DNA from: Macrostomum lignano
Taxonomy: Eukaryota
Assembly: GCA_002269645.1 (NCBI GenBank)
Contig: NIVC01000012.1
Location: 620,001-684,000, forward strand
Reading direction: 5' to 3'
DNA length: 64,000 bases
The notes beneath the pieces were generated by a model. The model did no database searches. It was given only the letters and a program-made list of their open reading frames with translations, and was not told the origin of the DNA. The position numbers and the translations under genes were made by a program. Of this stretch, positions 1-11,800 are shown piece after piece (the stretch's first letter is position 1; every line of letters begins with the position of its first letter).

Positions 1-182
1 CGCGTGGCTTGGGGCCTGTTGGATATTTGAGAATAGCGTGTCCTTTGTATTAATTAAATATCAATGATTAAAACGGCCCTTTTGAGGGTACTAAATTCTT
101 CTTAGTCGGTTTTCCATTTTCCAATCATAAACTTGTAAGATTCACTCTAACAGAGGCATTCCACCAACCCTTATGATTCATT

Positions 183-595
183 CTCTTACCCATATGGGAG
201 TCACTCTCTTACCCATATGGGAGTCACTCTCTTACCCATATGGGAGTCACTCTCTTGCCCATATGGGAGTCACTCTCTTACCCCCATATGAGAGTCACTC
301 TCTTACCCCCATATGAGTGTCACTCTCTTGCCCCATATGAAAGTCACCCTCTTACCTCCATATAAGTCTCACTCTCTTGCCCCAGAAGAGAGTCACTCTC
401 TTACCACTTTATGACAGTAACTCTCTTAATTACCCCATATGAGAGTCACTTTCCTACTCCATATGATGGTCACTCTCTTGCCTCATATGAGAGTCACTCT
501 TTTACCCCATATGAGAGTCACTCTCCTACCCCAAATAAGAGTCACTCACCCACCCACCAAGAAACACTTTTCGACCCACTCTGAGAGTCACTCTC
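183..595. repeat. Minisatellite, ~22-25 bp unit (CCCATATGGGAGTCACTCTCTTA), degenerating rightwards
   Basis: The unit is directly visible in tandem copies. ORF 439..777 translates this repeat (LLPHMRVT). Confidence 0.9.
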
Positions 596-599
596 ACAT

Positions 600-1434
600 C
601 CTCTATGATAGTCGCCCGAAATTCTTCAAAAACGTTTTGTTCTTCGCTAACCTGGCATCGGACCATTGCATCAAGCTGCTTAAAGCTGTCCCAGCTGCCA
701 ACATCGTAGACAAAAATGATGGCATCAACTGCGCTACAGTATTCGCGTCGGAGTTCAGCGAATCGAGAATCTCCTGAGGTGTCCCAGATCTGCTGGTGGC
801 AGGTGACTCTGGATACGACATTGTGGTGAACTTTCTCTTAGCTGATAGATAATTAGTGTAGGCCCTTCCGTACACTGATATGGTGCCACTGACACTCAAT
901 TAGGAGTCACTGACACAATCAATTAGGAGTCACTGACACAATCAATTAGGAGTCACTGACACAATCAATTAGGAGTCACTGACACAATCAATTAGGAGTC
1001 ACTGACACAATCAATTAGGAGTCACTGACACAACAATTAGGAGTCACTGACACAACAATTAGGAGTCACTGACACAATCAATGAGGAGTCACTGAAACAA
1101 TCAATTAGGAGTCACTGACACAATCAATTAGGAGTCACTGACACCCAATTTAGAGTCGCTATCACTCCAATGATTGATGTAAGATATGCCGATTAGAGGA
1201 TCAAACCATTACTCACACCACTCCTCTCTCACGAGCCGTTTCCTCCTGGTGGTCACCCAGTCGCACATGGGCTAGTCGATAATCCACTCCAATTGTGGGC
1301 TCAGCCTGGGTCTCTGAACAGCTCAGGTACCTGTTGAGCAGGCTAGTCTTGCCGACACCACTCGCACCAACCAGAGCGATTCGAACTACCTCGTTACGGC
1401 GGCAAATTCTTTTGTCTGCTTCAATTTCAGTCAT
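600..1434 (-). CDS. Divergent Rab-like small GTPase A (partial; 3' exons not resolved)
   Basis: Exon 1 is 1434-1217 (MTEIEADK...RIALVGASGVGKTSLL...EPTIGVDY; P-loop and switch I), with donor GTGAGT, phase 2. Exon 2 starts at 808 (acceptor TATCCAG) in a frame not shown in the ORF track: VTCHQQIWDTSGDSRFAELRREYCSAVDAIIFVYDVGSWDSFKQLD (G3 plus the Rab beta4 motif). The end of exon 2 and the G4/G5 exons were not found; the left coordinate is approximate. Confidence 0.8.
898..1145. repeat. Minisatellite, 23 bp unit (CAATTAGGAGTCACTGACACAAT), ~11 copies, in the Rab A intron
   Basis: Tandem copies are directly visible. Confidence 0.95.
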
Positions 1435-1669
1435 TTTCGAGACTTGATTTTGTTCATCGTTTGGCAAGGAACAACTTTTGCACTTATATATTTAATGCAG
1501 AAAAAATATCAGATAAACTTATCGAACCCGTGTAGTCCGGCAGTTTTCTTAGTGCTTTCCGTGTTGCAATCTAAATTTACCTGTTGCAGTTAATTTTAGC
1601 TGGAAATACTTACGAGTACTGCGCGTGTCTAATGTGCTTATGCTACTGCAACAGGCCGACATATTTTTA

Positions 1670-1937
1670 CTCTGGCGCCACTGACACTGAAATTCTGGCG
1701 CCACCGACACTGCAACTCTGGCGCCACCGACACTGCAACTCTGGCGCCACCGACACTGCAACTCTGGCGCCACCGACACTGCAACTCTGGCGCCACCGAC
1801 ACTGCAACTCTGGCGCCACCGACACTGCAACTCTGGCGCCACCGACACTGCAACTCTGGCGCCACCGACACTGAAACTCTGGCGCCACCGACACTGCAAC
1901 TCTGGCGCCACCGACACTGCAACTCTGGCGCCACTGC
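1670..1937. repeat. Minisatellite, 21 bp unit (CTCTGGCGCCACCGACACTGCAA core), ~12 copies, between the two Rab genes
   Basis: Tandem copies are directly visible and explain the repetitive ORFs at 1549-1963. Confidence 0.95.
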
Positions 1938-2334
1938 ATAGCGATAACTTGGCGTAATTTCAATTAAATTTGACGCTTACCTGGCACCAAGAGTTCCAAT
2001 TTTACTGGCGCAACTTTTGCTCATTCTGTTCGGAAATAGTTTTCCTGTCTGTTTCTAAAAATAGATTCAGTGAGTTTTTATTTACCTATATTTGGCGTGT
2101 TTACTCCCACACAGAATCCTAGCAATCAGAGATCTGAGAGCTTCCATGCTTGTAGACGCAATGCCCCAATAACTGTTATCTACCGTATATGCTTTTGTGA
2201 ATAACCTAACAAAATTTCAAGCCCCACCCGTCCTTATCAAAGTTGAGCAATAAAAAGCAGGCTCTTAAAGTAGTTGGTGGGGTGAGTCATTTATACTGCT
2301 AATCTGTTTTTGTTTATAAAAATTGGCTGCGCTG

Positions 2335-2345
2335 TATAAATAAAA
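2335..2345 (+). promoter_or_regulatory. Possible TATA box upstream of Rab-like gene B
   Basis: TATAAATAAAA lies ~60 bp upstream of the ATG at 2401. Motif match only. Confidence 0.3.
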
Positions 2346-2400
2346 GCTGCATGAAGTTTTCAGTCAGAGTGGTTATTGAAAGCAGTTCTATTAGCTCGAT

Positions 2401-4040
2401 ATGGAAGACATACAATTCAACTCAAAGCCAAGACACTTCACTGTTCTGCTATTGGGTGACTCAGGTGTTGGCAAAACTGCGATAGTGAATCGATTGATTT
2501 TTGGTAAATTTCTTGCTTACAGCTTGCCAACTGTGGAAGCGAGCTCGCATCCGTTGGAGAAGGCGGATGGACAGGCGGATGTTCAGGTGAAGATTCAGAC
2601 ACTTTCCTATTGACTTATGTCTGTTTTACATGAATACCTGACTAGATTCCAACATGTGCGTTATTTTGATAATCGGTGTTTTAGGCGATCATTTTTGGCA
2701 CCGCAGGCACTCATTTTAGGGCCGCAGGCACTCATTTGTGGCGCCGCAGGCACTCATTTTGGCGCCGCAGGGCCCAGGCACTCATTTTAGCGCCGCAGGC
2801 ACTCACTTTTGCGCCGTAGGCACTCATTTTGGTGCCGCAGGCACTCATTTGTGGCGCCGCAGGCACTCATTTTGGCGCCTCAGACAGACACTTATTTTGG
2901 CGCCGCAAGCCCTCATTTGGTGCCTGCGGCGCCAACTGCCGCTCGGGATCATCGACAGGGGGTTGTGGCCATTTAAACTCAAGTCAAACTTTCGCATCAT
3001 TAAAAGACAAAAATCTCTTTTAAAGCCTCGAAACCTCAGCTATAACTGGCAATCTAGTGCCCCCCGTCGGGGCGCCCAGTAAGCAAGCAATGGAAATTAT
3101 TTATTTGAATCCTATATGCCTTGATACTTAAGCAATTCCCTAAGTAAGCCTTGACATCTCAGCAATTCCCCCAGTAAACTTTGACATCTCAGCAATTCCC
3201 CCAGTAGGCCTTGACATCCCAGCAATTCCCCCAGTAAGCCTTGACATCCCAGCAATTCCCCCAGTAAGCCTTGACATCCCAGCAATTCCCCCAGTAAGCC
3301 TTGACATCTCAGCAATTCCCCCAGTAGGCCTTGACATCTTAGCAATTCCTCCAGTAAGCCTTGACATCTCAGCAATTCCCCCAGTAAACCTTGACATCTC
3401 AGCAATTCCCCCAGTAAGCATCGCACGTCAACCCCTTAATTATGACGAGAGTCAGACGCGCTTACCGGGAACTACTCTGTCCTTGACTAACTAGCTATTC
3501 GTTTTACCCCCCCCCCGCCAGATTGTAGACACATCTGGTAGAGCACGATTCTGGCCTAGCATCATCAGTCGTCACCTTGCCACAGCCTCCGCTGCCATCC
3601 TCGTGTACGATGCCACCAATCGGGAGAGTCTTCGCCAGCTCGACGTCCGGCTAGCAGCCCTCCAGCTCTGCGGACGATCCGGCCTCGAGATTATCGTGGT
3701 TGGCAACAAAGCCGATCTGTGCAGCTCAGCTAACAGACAGCATCAGGTTTCGCCGGCAGAAGGCCGGCTGTGGTCTGAGCAGCGCTGTCTGAGGCACTAC
3801 TCCGTGTCGGCCAAGACTGGACTCGTTCTCGGATGCGGCAGTGGCCAAACTGTGACATCCGTGTTTGCCAATTTAATTGCCAGATTCGATGTGCAGAAGA
3901 AGCCAGAAGGCTGTCTTGCAGTCGCAGAAGACACGCGATGCCACTGGAAACCATTTCAGACTTATTGGACGTGGCTCAGCTGCTTTGCTCACTGTCAATC
4001 GCTGAGATTTCGTCGCAGATGTTCAGTGGTCCCGGCTTAA
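2401..4040 (+). CDS. Divergent Rab-like small GTPase B, 2 exons, ~234 aa
   Basis: Exon 1 is 2401-2586 (VLLLGDSGVGKTAIV; donor CAG|GTGAAG, phase 0). Exon 2 is 3522-4040 (acceptor CCGCCAG; IVDTSGRARF...AAILVYDATNRESL...IIVVGNKADL...HYSVSAKTG). G1, G3, G4 and G5 motifs are all present, and the C-terminus is Cys-rich. Confidence 0.88.
2694..2935. repeat. Minisatellite, ~21-22 bp unit (GCAGGCACTCATTTTGGCGCC), in the Rab B intron
   Basis: Tandem copies are directly visible. Confidence 0.9.
3118..3420. repeat. Minisatellite, 30 bp unit (CAGCAATTCCCCCAGTAAGCCTTGACATCT), ~10 copies, in the Rab B intron
   Basis: Tandem copies are directly visible. Confidence 0.95.
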
Positions 4041-5815
4041 CAAATGTTCAATAATTTGATATTTGGTTTAACACTGACTTAGCCCTGAAATATGCAATAA
4101 TTATTAAGTTATGATTCGAGAAATACGGTGCTTCAATTTCATACCGTTTAAAATGCAATTTTTCATCGCGCTTATCGCACGTTTGTAATTTTTTAAAATT
4201 AAAATGATTTCTTTATTTGTTTGTCTCTTACGATTTTCTGAGTAGACGTCTAATTGTTGGTCTAAAAAGACTTTAACTGGTCTAATTTAAGTCTAATTAC
4301 TGAAACTTGCAGACCTGCAGACTAGAGACTTTCGGAAGATTACGAGTATGGGAATGAAGTTTTGCTGACAGAGGCAAATGCCTGGCATGAGGGAGGGAGG
4401 GCGGGTGGAGGGGCGGCTCAGAGAGACTATGGAGCCACTCCTGTCATAAAAAGCCATACCGCCATCAAAAGGAGTCATTTAATCTAACGAAATATCCCTA
4501 TTCTACATGCATAGAAGTCCATTCGATTGAAGACTTATAGCATTGCTAACCAGCATTACCAGCAGTGGTCTGACTGAAAATGGCTATTGGTTTGCAGTTG
4601 AAGCTTGTCCCTCCCTCCCTCTCTTCCTCTCTCAATGCAGCAAACGCTCCGAATCGATACAGCGCGCAGTTACTGCAGATCGAAGCCCAAGCCGGGCATA
4701 GTTGCGTCTGAGCTCGTCACTGTGGAGCTCCGTCGGTGCGGACCCTTCCCCCAAACTGCCTCCCTCTGAGAGAGAGAGAGAGGGAGGGGAGGGAGAGAGA
4801 GAGCTGGAGCTTTGAAATCACCTGCCCCGCTTTGACTAACTGTCCAGCTAGGCAGCAGCTCCATGAGATATTGAACGGCGGTTTGGGTGGTCACCCTGGC
4901 GGATAGCGCTGAGTTAGGCTGCGCGGCAGACGGCAACGTCGGTGAATAATTGCCGGATCGTAGCTGCTTCTAGGAGCCGCAGCCGGTTGCTGGGGGGGGG
5001 GGGCGACGGTGGGTTTGGAGACGGTGGACTATGGGAAGACCACCCAACATGATCTCGTCGCGCAATTCAACCAAGGAGACCTAGCACCAGAATCTGGAGA
5101 AGCAGCTCCTCCGTAACCCCTTCCTTTTCGATACGCGAAACGGCTTACATACAGCAAATTATATGATGTTCCACATCGTAGTTTGAGTAAACTCATAGTA
5201 ACTTTGGCTTGGCTAAACCAATATTTATAAACTTGGTTTCACATTCTACTTTTCTAACGTAGAAATCAATAGACCATCAAGTCGATCATTCAAAATCCAA
5301 TAATTTGTAATAGAGATACGGAGAACTTGTTCATTTATAAACTGAAACCATTTTCAGCTCAGTTTGTCTGTCTACCTGTTGTACGAGCTATTCCAAACTG
5401 AAAAAACTACAATCAGCCTTATGGTGTCTAGAAAATGAAGGCTCGGGGGAACTGTTGGCACTCCAGGTTCGAGCTTTTAGCTCACCTTGGCTCGGCTCGG
5501 GTTTCGACCATCGGAATCGATTCAATGAGCAGCGCAACCACACGCCCATTCCTCTGCTGCGAGGAGTCACTCCGCGCCGCTCCCCAGAGCTGGTGGTTTC
5601 AACAGGCAGACAGGAGTGGGAGCTCATGGTCTGTCGCTATGCTGGTAGCGCGGCTGGGGAGGCGGTCCAGCGACAGGTGGTTGCGCTCCTGAAGTCGGCA
5701 TTTATTTCGCCCCGCAGACCCGTTCAGAGAGTTGCGACTCTTGCGCGCCAGCAAGAAACCAGCGAGTTAATATTATCTTATCCACTCTCTTCAGCTGGGA
5801 ATCTCCTTTGCAGCC

Positions 5816-8800
5816 ATGGCAGGGGTAAGTTTCTATGCTTCTATATGATGCTTTCCTAGATCAAGTTTGTAGTTCAGGTAGCATTAGATCCGTTGCATTG
5901 GGCTCAAAATGTATTCCGGTTATCATTTTTTCGAGTTTCATTGGAATCAGCATTTATCCAGTTTGTTGATCAAGTTGTTGAGTTGCATTGGACTCAAAAT
6001 GTCTTCAGTTTGTTGATTAAGTTGTTGAGTTGCATTGGACTCAAAATGTCTTCAGTTTTTTGATCAAGTTGTTGAGTTGCATTGGACTCAAAATGTCTTC
6101 AGTTTGTAGATCAAGCTGTTGAGTTGCATTGGACTCAAAATGTCTTCAGTTTGTAGATCAAGTTGTTGAGTTGCATTGGACTCAAAATGTCTTCAGTTTG
6201 TCGATCAAGTTGTTGAGTTGCATTGGACTCAAAATGTCTTCAGTTTGTAGATCAAGCTGTTGAGTTGCATTGGACTCAAAATGTCTTCAGTTTGTAGATC
6301 GTAGATCAAGTTGTTGAGTTCCATTACACTCAAAGTTTCATCAGTTAGTAGATTGTAGATCAAGTTGTTGAGCTGCATCAGACTCAAAATGTCTTCAGTT
6401 TGTAGATCAAGTAGTGCTTCGATAGAAACTTGAGTATATTCAGTCTCTAACTAAATAATACGATGCAACAATTTCGTCAGCCAAGTCTTAGCTAAGTAGC
6501 TTTTGTCATTGATGACGCTCCACTGTTTTTCAATCCCCAAACAGCTCAAAGGAATCTTCCTGCTGACGGTAGTCACTCTGGCGCTACTAACCGAATATTC
6601 GTCGGCGGTTTCGCCAACCAAGCTCTGTCCAAAAAGCTACACAAAGAAAGGAAAATGCATGAAGGAGCGCCGGGTCACCACTACGGTGCACTACGGCTAC
6701 GACCGCACGAGCGGCAACTGCGTCAAGCGTGAATCGCGGGTTGCACGCCGCTGCGGCCTTGGTAAGCTGCTGGAAATTGTTGCTGAATCGAACAAAATGC
6801 ATCGTTAACGACTCTGTAGCATTATAGGTTACTGGGACCAATAGTTCGCCAACACTTTGATTGCATGAATTTTTCTCTATGCCCATTGCAGACTCCGAGT
6901 CTGCGTGCCGATGCTACATCAGCGGCGATCCGCACTACGTCTCGTTCGACGGCCAGAACATGCACTTCTTCGGCAAGTGCACCTACGTTCTAACCAAGCC
7001 GGTCAGCGGGGCGAGCAAAGGCTGCAGATGGAGCATCTTGGGCAAGAACCGCATGCGCGGCGGCAGTCCCTACACCTACCTGGAGGAGCTCATCGTCAAC
7101 ATCAACGGGAAGGCCTACCGGCTGTCCCAGAAGCGGCGCCTCTACATCGGCAAGGTGTTCCACGGGCTGCCTTATCGCGTCCACAAACCGGATGTGATGG
7201 TGCAGTACATGGGCAACAAGATCGTGCTCCACTCCAGGCAGTGCGGAATCCGCGTCTCCTTTGACGGCGACGCCGAGGCCATCATTAAGGTGCAGGCCAG
7301 GTACCGCAACAAGCTGTCTGGTATCTGCGGCAACTGCGACGGCAAGCGGAATGACCTAAGGTGAGTTGATGTCATTGAAACGCGACGCAAAAGTTAATTG
7401 CCGGCAACACTTGTTGGATCCGATGAAAGCGATGAACTGCACACTTCAAGTAACAACGCTCGTAGCTAAATTTTGTCCTAAATCTATTTTTTACTCTTGC
7501 AGCCTCGTCTCTTCCCTTACTTTTCTATTCTGATCCACGATTATGAGGATACGTTAGTTTACCTGTATGTATGATTTAGCATGCTAAAGCTTGCATCAAT
7601 ACTACTGGCTTTATTATCGTTCGCTTTCAGAACTGCGTCTGGTCGCAACGTGAGCGGAATGAAGAACAAGTTCACCCTGATCGGCAACTCCTACCTGGCT
7701 CCCGGCACCTCGAAATCCTGCAGCGGCCCGAACTCTGTCCGGTGCAGCTCCGCCCAGATGTCCAAAGCCATGAAGGCCTGCAAAAGTCTCATCAACTCCG
7801 CCTCCCCGTTCCGTCGGTGCATGAAGAATGGCGGCCTTAGCCTGGACAGATACTACACGTGAGTCAGGGGAATTTTCAAATTCAGAGCTAGACAAATGGA
7901 TAGACAGATGGAAATAACTCAAGTTTGTTTAGAGATGTAGAAAAGCTGTCGCCCACGTCGGATTGCTGTACGGGTATGATGCTGATGAGGGCTAACCTTG
8001 CAGACACCAAGTGTGTCCGTGTCTGGTGACAAGAAAGTCATAGCCGATGTGCACCTCTTGTGAGTGTATGACTGCCGACGTATTCGCGTGTGTGTGTTCG
8101 GGGCTCAGGGGTCAGAGGGATGGGCATGGCTATGGCTGCGGGTCTACTATCATCTTGATTTCCAGATAGTGCCTGAAGCTGTCTAGAAAACTTTGTCATT
8201 GAAATATTAACAGTTGTCGAGAAAGGCAAATAACAGCATGGTTTTACTATAATCACTTACGACATGAATATGCGTAGACCCACCAGTCCAAATACTTTCC
8301 AAACTCTGCTTCTTCAGCGACTGCATGCAGGACATGTGCGCCGCTTCGCACTTCGCCCGGAAATCGCTGATCCGCGAGGCCCGCTGCCAGAGCTACGCCG
8401 CTGCCGCCGAGATCTGCGCCAGCAAAGGCTTCCCCAGCAAGGACTGGCGCAGCGCAGCGGGCTGCCCGCTTCGCTGCCCGAGCGGAATGCGCTACGAGTC
8501 CAACAGGAAGACCTGTCAGAAGACCTGCGAGAGCTTGTTCTTCGGCGTCAACTCTTGTCCGCAAATGCGCAGCGAGGGCTGCTTCTGCAAGCCCGGCCTC
8601 GTGCTGGACGGTAACCTGTGCGTCAAGAAGGAGGACTGTCGCTGTCTCCGTGAGTGTTGCACTGTCTACTGATATAGTAGTACTGTTGGGCGTGATTTTC
8701 TATCGTTGATGATAGATTATAGCCAGCTTCAACGATAGCTTTATAGGTAGATTGTAGTTAGCTTCAATGATTCAGATTGGCTCTTGACTGTTGTATTTAT

Positions 8801-11800
8801 ACTGTACAATCACATACATGTAGTAACGAATCGGAGTTGGAAATTGCATAGTATGAAGTTAGCCTGAAAAAATATGTGACTAATTAATGTTCGTCTCAAG
8901 TTAAACTATTCTTCTCTTTGCAGAATGCGCCGATCTTCGCAGCCCGTCAGACTGCGCCAGCTGGAAGTTAAAGGGCCGGTGCAGCAGCGAGCCGGAGGTG
9001 ATGTACAAGTACTGTCGGCTCACTTGCAACATGTGTCAGAAGCGTAAGTTTCAGTGTCAATGCTGTTAACCTGTAGCTATGGCTTGGTTTCGGATCTTAA
9101 ACTTTGATTTAAAATTTTGTCCAAACAGACAAATGCGTCGATCTGATCGCCACCAACACCTGTCTGGAGAAAAAACGAGCAGGAAAATGCGAGGACAGCT
9201 TCTACAAGGAGTTCTGCGGACTCACCTGTCATTGGAAGTCGTGCCAGTGTCCGGAAGAAGGCAGTCACTACGATCGAGGCAACTGCGAGTCTCCGCGAAT
9301 GGTTCGAAAAGTTACCAAGACAACCGTTTTCAGGTCCGTTGTCTCGGGAGTCTGCACAAAGTCTTCGGTGTTCTACTATGAACCCTGCGGAGGTAAGTCT
9401 TGCAGTGCTGTCAATGAATTCAATGAGAAGAATTATTATTTAAGGGAATCTTGCATACATCAGGGGCCGGGAAACTTTTTTACTTAAGGGCTAGATAAAG
9501 AATTCAGCTCATGACTGCGAGTCAGGTGAGAAAGGAAAGGCGAGAAATAGAATATGAGAGATAAGAGAGGCGATAGATAGGATCAGAGAAGAGATAAGAG
9601 AGCAGATAAGAGGATGGAAGAGGTGAGAGAGGAGAGGGGAGAGGAGCGAGGGGAGAGAGGAGAGAGAAGAGGGGGATTGAGAGAGGAGAAGAGAGAAAAA
9701 TAGCTGAGACAAACCTTGAGCGGGCCCCGTGAGGGCCCAGAGCACAGAGAGCACAGAGACTGTACTCTGTGTGAGCGTGTGGATGAGTGCGTGCTCGCAA
9801 ACAGTATTGGCGTGCTTGTACGAGCGTATGTGCTCAGGAGCCAGCGGACTGGGCAGAATTGTCTCAGCACTGGTTGTGGGCGTTGTGCCAAGTTGCTCAC
9901 TGCATTCCTGAAACATTTAATTTTATTTTACTTTCCCAGATTGCGAGGTGATCAACAAGGTAGTAGAGAAGAAACCGTGTAACTATTGCACCGGACAGCG
10001 GGTGATGGAGAAGATCAAACAGCACCGCGTTGGCATCTATTGCACCCGGAAGGTCAAAGAGTTTACCAAGGACTGCACTTGCGCCTTCCGTAACGGCAAG
10101 GTGAAATATCTGCACTCCGTCAAATGCAAAAATAACCACACGAAGGTGTTCATGTACAGAGAGAAGCGAGTCAGCAAGGACTGCAAGCGCTGCGACCTGG
10201 TCAAGTCTAACAAGGTGAAGCGAATCAAGTGCCAGTCGCCGCCGCCCACCTACAACCCATCGGACAAGTGCCCTCGCGGCTCCAACAGCCAGTCAACGTA
10301 CACCCGCACTATTTGTCGAGTGGTACCCGTGGATTGCGCCTGTTCAAAGAGCTGCCACAGTAAGACATTCGATTGTAGCTGCGGCTGCCTTGACCCTATC
10401 GGTCAGGATGAGTGCGAAATCTCGCGCCGCTGCGACCGTGTCGGCAAGCGCCTGGTGATCCGTTACAAGGCGGAGATTCTGGTCAAGGACAAGTACGGCG
10501 ACGGCGTTTGCACCAAAAAGTCGCCTATCGTGCACTCGGAAAAGAGACGTAGGTGCAATATTTGCCTTTTTGAAGCTCCCTTATTCTGCAAAATGTTTCC
10601 GGTTGCCTTACTACAATCTTATTTATTACCTTGACTATAAGCCCTTGACCATAGGAAAAAATATTAAATTTTCCACATTGAATGTTGTTAATAATATACC
10701 TCGAAGACATTTAGATTCTTCTTTTATACATTGTGTAATGTGTAACACTTTTTCTGAAAGAAAATATGTTTAAAATAGTTATGAGCAGCAGCACTAAGAC
10801 TTGACGTTTGCTCCTAATTGCTTTCAGCCTGCAACTACAAACGCATTGCCTATTACACCTGCGACAAGGACAAGTCGGGCAAGCTGATTGGCTGCCCAAC
10901 TACCAAGGACAAAAACTGGCCGCCCCGATGGTACAACTACAAGGAAGGCTATCTAGACGACGACTGCAACTGCAAGACTAAAAACGCGAAGAAGGTGTAC
11001 CAAGACAACTACTGCTGTTGTCCAAAGCCGTACGTCATTCGCGAGCCGAATGAGGAGTACGGCACTGGAAAGTGCGAGAAGGCCGAATCTCACTATCGCA
11101 TGCTGGTTGTGCGGATCTCCTACGTGCACAACTCGGAAAGTGGAGAGTGCGTCAAGCAGAAGTCCGAATGGTACGAGGTGTGCCGATGCGACGATAAGCC
11201 CGAACGGGAGGAGTGCATCGACAAGCCGAACTACGGCCTGTTCGTACGATACCGACCGCACTGCAAATTGGTCGACGCGAACACGTCCAACGCTCGCTGC
11301 GAATGCGGCGAGACGCTCAAATCGCGAAAAGTCTACTGCCGAAAGGCGCCGCGCTATCTTCAGCGCAAGGGCAAGTGCGACATCAAACGCGGCCGAGCAA
11401 TCTACCGCCGGGTGTACAAGGAGATCACCTACCGCAAGAAGTGCGCCTGCCGAACACGAGTTGAGCCAGAGCTGGAGCCTTGCAAGGAATGCGTTCCAAA
11501 GGAGAATAAGGAGTTGATTCCGTGTCCAAAGAACTGCGAAAACAAGATGGGACGCTGCTCTGTGAACTGCAAGAAGTATTACGTCACTTACTTTTACTCG
11601 TGGAATGACGTAAGCAAGACATGCGTCGCACGTGAGGTGAACCGAATTCCATCGCGTTGCTGCTGCAAGCCGTACTACAGGTAAAGTTTCAATTAACCTG
11701 TTTTAATATTTCTAAAGCTACTGAACAGAGAATAATCGCAAGCTTTAGTTCGAAAATGGAAGCTGGATATGATGAGTGCACGCTCGTGAAATAATAGAAT

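Noticed and set aside
603-899. 98-aa minus-strand ORF from the track
   Set aside because: It is the wrong frame. The Rab motifs (QIWDTSG, IIFVYDV) lie in an overlapping frame of the same strand.
1549-3426. Repetitive ORFs (VAPELQCRWRQ, AAGTHF, LLGELLRCQG)
   Set aside because: They are translations of minisatellites in intergenic or intronic positions.
4290-5700. Several 60-130 aa ORFs in a GC-richer patch
   Set aside because: I found no recognisable motifs, splice-consistent structure or element termini, so the region was left unannotated.
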